Source: an uncultured delta proteobacterium (lineage in GTDB: Bacteria > Myxococcota_A > Polyangia > Polyangiales > Polyangiaceae). From it: a stretch of 64,000 nt of DNA. The notes under the pieces are model-generated. The model was given only the letters and a program-made list of their open reading frames with translations. It searched no databases and had not been told where the DNA came from. Within the stretch, counting starts at the first letter, position 1, and each line of letters opens with the position of its first letter. This document shows, in pieces, positions 56,291 to 64,000 of the stretch. The stretch lies in assembly GCA_963841435.1 (NCBI GenBank), contig CAWJCS010000004.1:128001-192000 (forward strand). The letters run 5' to 3'. Position numbers and translations under genes: made by a program.

Positions 56291-58387
56291 TTGTCCGATC
56301 CGCCCGAGCCTCACGACGTGGGCCCCGCCGATCGCCGGGCCGTCCGCGTGCCGATGCCGAGCGACGGTTGGCGCAGCCACGCGGGCCTGAGAAAGCAGCT
56401 CCCCTCGCTCTTGGTCTTCCTCCTCGGCGTGGGGCTGACGGGCTTGCTCGTCGCGCTCACCCACGTGAGAAACCGCGAGGGACACCGCGTCGAGTTCGAG
56501 CGCCTGGCGAATCGCACGACGAGCGAGCTCAGAACGAAGCTCGAGCTCCCCCTCGAGGTTCTCCAGTCGATTGCGAGCTTGTTCGACGCCTCCGACGAGG
56601 TCACGCGTCGCGACTTTCACTTGTTCGTCAAGAAGGCGCTCGAGCGCCATCCTGGAACGCGTGCCCTCGAGTGGATTCCCATCGTGCCCGCGGCGGAGCG
56701 TCAGCGCTACGAGGCTCGAGCCCGTGCCGACGGCATGACGACTTTCGAGTTCAAGGAGGAGGGAAGCAACCTGTCTCTCGTCACCGCTCGTCCGCGCGTC
56801 GAGTACATGCCCATCTACTATATGGAGCCGCCCGACCCGACCGCGCTCGGCTTCGATGTCGCGGCGAATCCGTTCAGGCGCGCACCGGCCGATCGCGCGC
56901 GGGAGACCGGCTCCGCGGTCGCCTCCGAGCGAATCCGCCTCGTCGAGGATCCGCCGACGGTCTACTCGGTGGCCGTCTTCTATCCCGTGCGCGGCCACGT
57001 AGCGGGGCAACCGGTAGGAGAGATTTGCGGTTTCGCCGCGGAAGTTTTTCGGGTGCACGCGATCGTCGAGCCGATCGTGCGGGACGTGGTCGGGCAGGGG
57101 ATCGACGTCGTCCTTCAGGACACCGCGGCTTCCGCCGAACGTGGGCTCCTGTTCGAAAGCTCTCCGAATGTCCTCGGCCGCAGTCGCTCGCCGGGCGGCG
57201 AGCGGTACACGGTGAACCTTCCGTTCGCCCATCGCTCGTGGTCGCTCACGTTTTCCACGGAAAGAACGCTCAGCCATCTCCCTTGGGCGACGCTTTTCAC
57301 CGGGCTCGCCGTCAGCGCGCTCTTTGCCCTGATGCTGTCCGCGTCGACGTTGATCTACCGGCTCCGGCGTCAGGTCCACGCTGCCCTTCAGCTCGGCCAG
57401 TACGTCCTCGTGGAGGAGCTCGGCGAAGGCGGCATGGGCGTCGTCTACCGAGCGCGCCACACGATGTTGCGCCGCCCGACCGCCATCAAGCTGCTTCGGC
57501 CCGATCGGCAGGACGCGCAGGACATCTCGAGGTTCGAGCGCGAGGTTCAGCTGACGAGTCGCCTCTCACACCCCAACACCATCGCGGTTTACGACTACGG
57601 CAGGACACCGGAAGGGATCTTTTACTACGCGATGGAGTTCATCGACGGCGTCACGCTCCAGGACCTGGTTGACAGCGACGGCCCCATGCCGATCGCTCGC
57701 GCGGTTCGCATCCTCATCCAGGTCTGCGGTGCGCTGGCAGAGGCTCACGCTGCCGGTATCGTTCACCGTGACGTGAAGCCGGCGAACCTGATGGTGATGG
57801 AACGTGGGGGCATTCCCGATTTCGTCAAGGTCCTCGACTTCGGGCTCGTCAAGCAGACTGCCGCCGAGGGTTCGCCGTTCGCCTCGCGCGGCACGCCGCT
57901 GCTCGGGACGCCGCTGTACCTCTCCCCCGAGGCCATCTCGTCGGGCGTCGTGGATGCACGCGCCGACCTCTACTCCCTCGGCGCCGTGGCCTACTTCTTG
58001 ATCAGCGGCGTCACCGTCTTCGAGGGCGAGAACCTCGTCGAGATCTGCGCCGAGCACCTCTACACGGCGCCGGTCGCCCCGTCGTTGCGCACCAAGGCGC
58101 CGGTGCCCGCCTCGGTCGACGCGCTCATCCTTCGGTGTCTCGAAAAGAACCCGGACGAGCGCCCGGCCTCCGCCGTCGCGCTTCAGGTCGCGCTCAGGGC
58201 CATCGAAGCGGAGGTCGGCGCCTTCAGCGACGACGACGCGCGCGCGTGGTGGCAAGCGCGCGGCCGTGCGCTCGTCGCGGAGCGGAGAGCGCGGCGCCAC
58301 AAAGCGGTCCTGGACCCCGTCGCTGCCTCGGTCACCGTTGCCGTCGATTCGGAGTGGGAGCGAAGGCAAGAAAAGACTCCACTTTGA
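56291..58387 (+). CDS. Membrane sensor: CHASE domain + Ser/Thr protein kinase
   Basis: TM, SDEVTRRDF, ALEWIP.V...R..YE, RVEYMPIYYMEP..ALGFD, A..TG..VAS..I.LV, TM, then GEGGMG, AIK, HRDVKPAN, DFG, GTPLYLSPE. Start may be ~56348-56354. Confidence 0.9.
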   Translation: MSDPPEPHDVGPADRRAVRVPMPSDGWRSHAGLRKQLPSLLVFLLGVGLTGLLVALTHVRNREGHRVEFERLANRTTSELRTKLELPLEVLQSIASLFDASDEVTRRDFHLFVKKALERHPGTRALEWIPIVPAAERQRYEARARADGMTTFEFKEEGSNLSLVTARPRVEYMPIYYMEPPDPTALGFDVAANPFRRAPADRARETGSAVASERIRLVEDPPTVYSVAVFYPVRGHVAGQPVGEICGFAAEVFRVHAIVEPIVRDVVGQGIDVVLQDTAASAERGLLFESSPNVLGRSRSPGGERYTVNLPFAHRSWSLTFSTERTLSHLPWATLFTGLAVSALFALMLSASTLIYRLRRQVHAALQLGQYVLVEELGEGGMGVVYRARHTMLRRPTAIKLLRPDRQDAQDISRFEREVQLTSRLSHPNTIAVYDYGRTPEGIFYYAMEFIDGVTLQDLVDSDGPMPIARAVRILIQVCGALAEAHAAGIVHRDVKPANLMVMERGGIPDFVKVLDFGLVKQTAAEGSPFASRGTPLLGTPLYLSPEAISSGVVDARADLYSLGAVAYFLISGVTVFEGENLVEICAEHLYTAPVAPSLRTKAPVPASVDALILRCLEKNPDERPASAVALQVALRAIEAEVGAFSDDDARAWWQARGRALVAERRARRHKAVLDPVAASVTVAVDSEWERRQEKTPL

Positions 58388-58536
58388 AGCGTGGCTCGGC
58401 CGGCGGGCTCGACGGGACCCGGATCGCCCGGGATGGCCGTGGGGCAGGGGTCGCCGAACTGGGATTCGAAGACTAGTCGCATGCGCGGGTTGACCACGCG
58501 GCGTTTCCGTGCTGCCCTCGCCGCGGAGCCAGGCCC

Positions 58537-59922
58537 GTGACCGACCCGACCGACACCGAGCCAGACGAAAGGTCGCTCGTCGAGAGGACGCTCGGCCTGT
58601 TCGCGCAGGTGCGAGCGGGCGAGGGCCCGACGGCGCTCCTTTTGGCGCTCAACGTCTTCGTTTTGTTGACGGCCTACTACATCATCAAACCCGTGCGGGA
58701 GGCGCTGATCCTCGCGCTCGATTCCGGCGCCGAGTACAAGTCGTACATGAGCGCCGCCATCGCGGCGTTGCTCGTCGTGTGCGTGCCTGCCTACGCGCGC
58801 CTCTCGGACCGCGTTCCGAAGCTTCGCTTGGTGGTTGGGGCGAGCCTCTTTTTCGCGTCGCACCTGGTCTTGTTCTGGCTCGCGGGCCTCTACCCCGAGC
58901 TGCGCACGCGGCTTGGGCTCGTCTTCTACGCCTGGGTCGGCGTCTTCAACATGATGGTCGTGGCGCAGTTCTGGGCGTTCGCCAACGATTTTTACGACGA
59001 GGAACGTGGCAAACGGCTGTTCCCGCTCGTGGCGCTCGGTGCGTCGCTCGGGGCGGCGCTGGGCGCGAAGATCGCGGGGTCGTTGATTCCCTTGTTCGGC
59101 GTGCTGACCATGCTGCTCGTGGCGGCGGGCTCGCTCGTGCTGTGTGCGGGGCTCTTCGTGCTCGCCGACCGCGGCCGCTCGCGTCGGACCGAGTCGGCAT
59201 CTCCCCGGGGCGCGGCGGAAGCGGATCGGGGGGGGGCGTTCGCGCTCGTTTTCGGCCATCGCTACCTGCTCCTGCTCGCGGCGCTGTCGCTCCTTTTCAG
59301 CGCGGTCAACACCAACGGCGAGTACATCCTGGGCAAGCTCGTCAAAGCCGCTGCGGTGGAGGCCACCGTGAGGGGCGAGATCAGCGCCGCCGACCAGGGC
59401 CGATTCATCGGCGCGTTCTACGGGGACTTCTTCTTCTGGGTGAACCTGCTCGGGGTGCTCTTGCAGTCGTTTGCGGTCTCGCGCATCGTGAAATACCTGG
59501 GACTTCGCGTGGGACTGCTCGCGTTGCCCGTGATTGTGCTCGGCAACTCGGTCGCGCTCTTGATCGCGCCCATCCTCGCCGTCGTGCGAGTCGGCAAGGT
59601 GCTCGAAAACGGCACCGACTATTCGCTACACAACACCGTGCGGCAAATGCTCTGGCTGCCGACGAGCCAAGCCATGAAGTACAAGGCAAAGCAGGCCGTC
59701 AACACGTTCTTCGTGCGAATGGGCGACGTGAGCTCGGCGCTGCTCGTCTTCCTCGGGACCACGCTGTGGGCGTGGGGGGTCAGGGCCTTCGTCGTTTGCA
59801 ACACGGTGATCGTCCTCGGCTGGCTGGTCACGGTGCTCGCCATTCTGCGCGAGAACTCCCGTTTGCACGCGAGCAGGGCTGCGCCAACCCCCGGGTCTCC
59901 CGCCCGCGCCGATGCGAAGTAG
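58537..59922 (+). CDS. NTT/Npt1-Npt2 (TLC ATP/ADP translocase-like) transporter
   Basis: YYIIKPVREALIL, FYAWVGVFN..VAQFWAFAND, GKRLF, KVLENGTDYSL, LWLPTS..KYKAK..FFVRMGD. Confidence 0.88.
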   Translation: MTDPTDTEPDERSLVERTLGLFAQVRAGEGPTALLLALNVFVLLTAYYIIKPVREALILALDSGAEYKSYMSAAIAALLVVCVPAYARLSDRVPKLRLVVGASLFFASHLVLFWLAGLYPELRTRLGLVFYAWVGVFNMMVVAQFWAFANDFYDEERGKRLFPLVALGASLGAALGAKIAGSLIPLFGVLTMLLVAAGSLVLCAGLFVLADRGRSRRTESASPRGAAEADRGGAFALVFGHRYLLLLAALSLLFSAVNTNGEYILGKLVKAAAVEATVRGEISAADQGRFIGAFYGDFFFWVNLLGVLLQSFAVSRIVKYLGLRVGLLALPVIVLGNSVALLIAPILAVVRVGKVLENGTDYSLHNTVRQMLWLPTSQAMKYKAKQAVNTFFVRMGDVSSALLVFLGTTLWAWGVRAFVVCNTVIVLGWLVTVLAILRENSRLHASRAAPTPGSPARADAK

Positions 59923-60979
59923 CGTCGTGCTTTTTCGTTTCGGCATGATGGCGGTAGATAGCTTCCGCGCTCGCGCTCGATCGTGCAGCCCACGTCGGGG
60001 CGATCGTGGTACACGGGCGGTCCCGAAAGGAAATCGCCTGCGAACTCTCGCATTGCCGCTTGGTCTCCTCTGCTTGGCAACGCCCGTCGTCGCCGTGGCG
60101 AGCCCCGTCGAGCCGCCTTTCGTGCCGGGCGGCAACCTCGAGGAGATCGCGCCGCCGCCGGCCGCTCGCATGCCGGAGAAGGACGACCCGCCGCGCGAGC
60201 CGCTGCGCTGGCGATGGTCGAGGTTTTCCACGGCCGAGTATTTCGTCAGCGGGGCTGCCGGCGCCGTCACGCTCGGTGCTGCCGTCGTAACGCCTCGTCG
60301 CCAGCACTCGCTGAACGGAGGCATTCTCTTCGACGACGCCGTGCGCGACGCGCTGCGCCCGGCGAGTCTCGAGACGCGCTACGAGTTTCGCGACGCCTCG
60401 GACGTCGGGGTTTCGCTGCTGGTCAGCTGGCCGTTGCTCGTGGATTCGCTCGCCACCGCCTGGTGGCACCGTGGAAGCCGCGACGCCGCGGAACAGATGG
60501 CCCTGATCGACCTCGAAACGTTGGCGATCAGCGGAGCCGTGCAAGGGATGACGAACGTGCTCGTGAGCCGCGAGCGACCCTACGGCCCGGACTGCGGCTC
60601 CCAGCTTCCTGGCGACGCGCTCGATTGCGTCCGGTCGTTTCGCTATCGAAGCTTCTTCAGCGGCCACACCGCATTCGGCTTCACGGGGGCGGCGCTGATT
60701 TGCATGCACCATTTCCAGGCCGAGCTGCTCGGCGCACCCTGGGACGCGCTGAGCTGTGCCGGGGGCTACGCCGTTGCCACGGCGACCAGCACCTTTCGGG
60801 TCGTGAGCGACGTGCACTACGCGACCGACGTCGTCGCGGGGATGCTCACCGGGACGCTGATCGGCTACGGCGTACCACTTCTGCACTACGCTTTTCCCCA
60901 GACGAACGCCGAGGACGCTCGCCTGATGCTGCGGATCGTGCCCGTCGCGGGCGGGGTCGGAGTGCTGGGGGTCTTTTGA
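59912..60979 (+). CDS. PAP2 (phosphatidic acid phosphatase type 2) family protein
   Basis: VSRERP, SFFSGH, RVVSDVHYATDV motifs; signal-like N-terminus, true start probably ~60050. Confidence 0.85.
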   Translation: MRSSVVLFRFGMMAVDSFRARARSCSPRRGDRGTRAVPKGNRLRTLALPLGLLCLATPVVAVASPVEPPFVPGGNLEEIAPPPAARMPEKDDPPREPLRWRWSRFSTAEYFVSGAAGAVTLGAAVVTPRRQHSLNGGILFDDAVRDALRPASLETRYEFRDASDVGVSLLVSWPLLVDSLATAWWHRGSRDAAEQMALIDLETLAISGAVQGMTNVLVSRERPYGPDCGSQLPGDALDCVRSFRYRSFFSGHTAFGFTGAALICMHHFQAELLGAPWDALSCAGGYAVATATSTFRVVSDVHYATDVVAGMLTGTLIGYGVPLLHYAFPQTNAEDARLMLRIVPVAGGVGVLGVF

Positions 60980-61878
60980 GCCTCGCTCGTGCTTCGGTCC
61001 TTTCGGCACTCGTCGGCAGCGCGGTCCTGGCCACGCCCTGTCGCGTGAGAGCCGATCCGGCGCCGCCCGAAGCGGAGTCGGCCATTGTGGATACCGAGCG
61101 GCCGCCTCTGGGACTGTTCCCGACTTCCGAGGATGCGCTGATCGACCCCACGATGGCGCGCTCCTGGGCCGCCGCGCCGCCGCGCCTGTTTTTGTCGACG
61201 ATGTTCGACGTGGGCTTCGTGTACGTGAGACCGCGCGTTTCGGTCGGCTATGGTCAACCCTTCACGCGCTGGGTGGGCGTGGACGTGAACCCGATCGTGA
61301 CGAGCTCCGGGCTCGGCATGTACGGGGGAGTGCGCGGCGCGGTCCCCCACGTCGACATGCGGGTTGGCCCCCGCGCGTTTTGGGCATTCTCCCACACCTA
61401 TCTCGACCCGAAGGCGAGCTACGACCGGATCGACCTCGAGACCAGCACCGGAACGAAAGCCCACGTCGTCACCTACGAGGCAGAGCTCGACGCGTCGCTC
61501 CCGCTCGGCCCAGGTGAGGTCTTGGTGCGCGCCAGTGCCTCCTACCTGACGGGGGTCCCCGTTGGCCGGCTCGTGTTCGAGGAGACGCTGCACGCGATCG
61601 TCGAGCCGCCATTCGTCTGGCGTGCGCGCCTCGGCTACGCGTTCCGGCTCGGCGGCTCCTCGCAGCACTCGATCGGATTCGTGGCCAACGTCCTGGACGT
61701 TCCCAAGCGGGACGATTCCATCACCTTGCGCGTGGGCCCCGTGCTTCGGCTCGTTCTGTCCCGACGCGTGGAAATACGGGGTAGCTTCGTCGCGACCGCC
61801 ATCAGCCCCGATCACATCGGACTCGTCGGCGGTGACTTCACGGAGCTCGGCGTCCGCTACCGCTGGGCAACCGAGTGA
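60976..61878 (+). CDS. Putative outer-membrane beta-barrel protein
   Basis: TTG start overlapping the PAP2 stop; signal peptide (..VRAD); alternating amphipathic strands; ends ELGVRYRWATE. Confidence 0.65.
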   Translation: MSLARASVLSALVGSAVLATPCRVRADPAPPEAESAIVDTERPPLGLFPTSEDALIDPTMARSWAAAPPRLFLSTMFDVGFVYVRPRVSVGYGQPFTRWVGVDVNPIVTSSGLGMYGGVRGAVPHVDMRVGPRAFWAFSHTYLDPKASYDRIDLETSTGTKAHVVTYEAELDASLPLGPGEVLVRASASYLTGVPVGRLVFEETLHAIVEPPFVWRARLGYAFRLGGSSQHSIGFVANVLDVPKRDDSITLRVGPVLRLVLSRRVEIRGSFVATAISPDHIGLVGGDFTELGVRYRWATE

Positions 61879-61905
61879 GGGGTCGGTTTCGTCGCGAAAA
61901 CGTGC

Positions 61906-63345
61906 TTGCTCATGGCCCCCCCGAACACCCTCGCCGTCTACCGCTCCTTTTCGCTACTCGTCGCCGCCGTCGCGCTGTGCGCGTCGGGGCACGCCTCGGC
62001 GGCCGAGCCCGGGCGTCCGAAAACGCAGCACGACGGGCCCGGTGCAAAGCGGCCCGAGCGCGTGGAGCGGCGCCCGAACGAGACCAGCCCGAAGCGCGCC
62101 GTCCCTGACTACGACGGGCGAGGTGACGAACCGACGACGGCCGGCAACGTCTTGCTCTGGGGCCCGCGCATCGTGCTCGCTCCCCTCTACCTGGTGAGCG
62201 AGTTCTTGATCCGCCGCCCGCTGGGCTGGGCCATCGCCGGAGCGGAGCGCGCCGGGTTACCCGCGGCGCTCTACGACATCTTCGCCTTCGGGCCCAATCA
62301 CGACGCCGGCTTCTTCCCGACCGCCTACGTGGATTTCGGGTTCCGGTCGAGCGTGGGGCTCTACACTTTTTGGGACAATGCGTTCTTCTCAGGTCACGAC
62401 CTCCGCCTTCGTGGCTCGACGGGCGGCAAGGAATGGCTGATTGGCGCGTTCACCGAACGCTTTCACTTCGCTCACCGTCGCCAGAGCACGCTCACGCTTC
62501 AGGCATCGGCACTCCGGCGCCCTGATTTCGTGTTCTTCGGGCTCGGCCCCGATACCCGGAAAAGCGCACGCATGCGCTACGGTGAGGATCGGCTCGAAGC
62601 GGGGGCTCTCTTCGAGCAAGAGCCGTCCTCGGCCACCCTCGTGAGGGCTTCCGTGGCGGGGCGCGGCGTCAACTTTCGCCCCGGTGGCTTTGGTGGCGAC
62701 CCGCGGTTGAGCGACGCCATTTCAGGCGGCATGCCGGCGCCCGATGGCTACGAGGACGGGTACTCGCTGGTGGAGAGCAACGTCGTGCTCTGGTTCGATC
62801 AACGCCGGTCGAAACCGCAGCCGCCGGCGGGAGTCTTCGTCGGGGCAGCGGCAGGTCACGCCGCGGAGCTACGCGGCCGGACGAGCTTCGCCACCGTGCG
62901 CGCCCGCGCCGGCGGGTTCGTCAACGTGAATGGGCGGGGGCGCGTGGTGTCGCTCTCCGTCGCGACGGGTTTCGCCGACCCCATCGGCCACGGTGCGATC
63001 CCGTTCACGGAGCTCATCACGCTCGGCGGGGAGCAGCCCATGCGTGCGTTTCTCGCTGGACGCCTGCTGGACCGCAGCGCCCTGGCCATGGAGCTATCGT
63101 ACCGCTGGCCCGTCTGGATATGGCTCGAGGGCACCGCCCGCGCCGAGGTCGGCAACGTGTTCGGCGAGCACCTCGCGGGGCTCTCGGCCGGCAAGCTGCG
63201 CTTTTCGGGCACGCTCGGCGTCGAAAGTACCGGCTCACCCGACGGCCGGCTCGAGATCCTGATCGGCGCCGGCTCGGAGACGTTCGAGTCGGGCGGCAAG
63301 ATCGACACGATGCGCTTCGTGATCGGGAGCACCCATGGCCTCTGA
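61906..63345 (+). CDS. Omp85/BamA-TamA family outer-membrane protein
   Basis: Signal peptide (HASA); barrel motifs FFGLGP, TLGGEQPMRAF..GR..DRS, LSYRWP, EVGNVF. Confidence 0.75.
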   Translation: MLMAPPNTLAVYRSFSLLVAAVALCASGHASAAEPGRPKTQHDGPGAKRPERVERRPNETSPKRAVPDYDGRGDEPTTAGNVLLWGPRIVLAPLYLVSEFLIRRPLGWAIAGAERAGLPAALYDIFAFGPNHDAGFFPTAYVDFGFRSSVGLYTFWDNAFFSGHDLRLRGSTGGKEWLIGAFTERFHFAHRRQSTLTLQASALRRPDFVFFGLGPDTRKSARMRYGEDRLEAGALFEQEPSSATLVRASVAGRGVNFRPGGFGGDPRLSDAISGGMPAPDGYEDGYSLVESNVVLWFDQRRSKPQPPAGVFVGAAAGHAAELRGRTSFATVRARAGGFVNVNGRGRVVSLSVATGFADPIGHGAIPFTELITLGGEQPMRAFLAGRLLDRSALAMELSYRWPVWIWLEGTARAEVGNVFGEHLAGLSAGKLRFSGTLGVESTGSPDGRLEILIGAGSETFESGGKIDTMRFVIGSTHGL

Positions 63346-64000
63346 TACGACGCACGTCCTAGCGCCGTTGCTTTCGATCCTCGCGGTCGGCTGCGCTGCC
63401 GCACCGCGCTTCCCGCTACGGGCGCCGCTCGCAAGCGACACCGATCGTCGCCCCGTCAGCGTGGCGTGCGAGGCTCGCCCGACCGAGAAGGACCCAAAGC
63501 ACGTCGCTTGCGCCCCGGAGCCTTACGTTTCCCCGCTCGTCTGGGATGCCGTCAACAATTCGATCTTTCGCCCGTTGGCACGCGTTTTCGCCGTCGATCC
63601 GGCGGGGCGCGCGACGAACGTCAATGCCTTCGACGAGGTGCCGGACAGCGCCTGGTTCGAAAACCGCATCGGCCGACGCAAGCTCACGCACGACGAGCTC
63701 TCGCGCGGCGCCTGCACGCCCGACGAGATGCTGGATCCGCGCGCAGCGGCGCCCGGGAGCTGGCTCATCGATCAAGGCAAGCCCAACGGCGCTTCGCCCG
63801 GCTTTCGCATCAAGGTCGAAGGGCACAAAAAGTACATGCTCAAAACCGACATCGCGATCCAACCGGAACGGCCCACGGCGGCGAGCGCGATCGGCGCGGC
63901 CATCTACTACGCGGTCGGTTTCAACACGTCGTGCGAGCAAATCGTCTACTTCGATCCGAAGGTGTTGACTCTGGCGCCCGGCCTTTCGGTGACCGACAAC
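63335..64000 (+). CDS. 3'-truncated lipoprotein with NVN..DEVPDS.WF.NR motif and atypical-kinase-like N-lobe
   Basis: Not in the ORF track because it runs off the window. ATG 63335 opens a stop-free frame: lipobox LAVGC, TNVNAFDEVPDSAWFENRIG, GKPNGASPGF, YMLKTD, PERPTAASAIG..YYAVGFN. Confidence 0.75.
   Translation, partial: MASDTTHVLAPLLSILAVGCAAAPRFPLRAPLASDTDRRPVSVACEARPTEKDPKHVACAPEPYVSPLVWDAVNNSIFRPLARVFAVDPAGRATNVNAFDEVPDSAWFENRIGRRKLTHDELSRGACTPDEMLDPRAAAPGSWLIDQGKPNGASPGFRIKVEGHKKYMLKTDIAIQPERPTAASAIGAAIYYAVGFNTSCEQIVYFDPKVLTLAPGLSVTDN

Overview
High-GC DNA from a myxobacterium, probably Polyangiaceae/Sorangium-like (inferred from MYXO-CTERM tails, Gly-rich lipoproteins and Hanks-type kinases). 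No rRNA, tRNA, CRISPR array or IS element was recognised. Four blocks are present. (1) ~1-35 kb: surface-anchored plant-polysaccharide enzymes (CBM6 protein, GH54-like, GH43 arabinanase, PL9, GH31, GH29, GH141-like, two CE1-like esterases), most on long Gly-rich tethers. Two outward-facing copies of an 'outer-membrane protein - ECF sigma - TPR anti-sigma' cassette are interleaved, each near a nucleoside-hydrolase-fold lipoprotein. (2) ~35-41 kb: small stress operons (TetR-VOC, ArsR-SRPBCC-DoxX) with clear operator palindromes, plus a GT-C-like membrane protein. (3) ~41-53.5 kb: a tightly coupled seven-gene isoprenoid-modification operon (polyprenyl synthase, three small unknowns, CrtC/AttH-like protein, SCP2 protein, FAD oxidoreductase with a ~245-aa insertion), bracketed by a Ser/Thr kinase-ATPase-TPR gene and an FHA-wHTH regulator. 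(4) ~54-64 kb: an NTT-HEAT gene divergent from CHASE-Ser/Thr kinase, NTT (ATP/ADP-translocase-like), PAP2, a beta-barrel, Omp85 and a lipoprotein with atypical-kinase-like motifs, which may form an uncharacterised extracytoplasmic ATP/phosphorylation system. Eight single-base frameshifts were found; six are an extra A in GATC or TCGAC, so they are probably sequencing errors rather than pseudogenes. All family calls come from motif recognition by eye; no searches were run.
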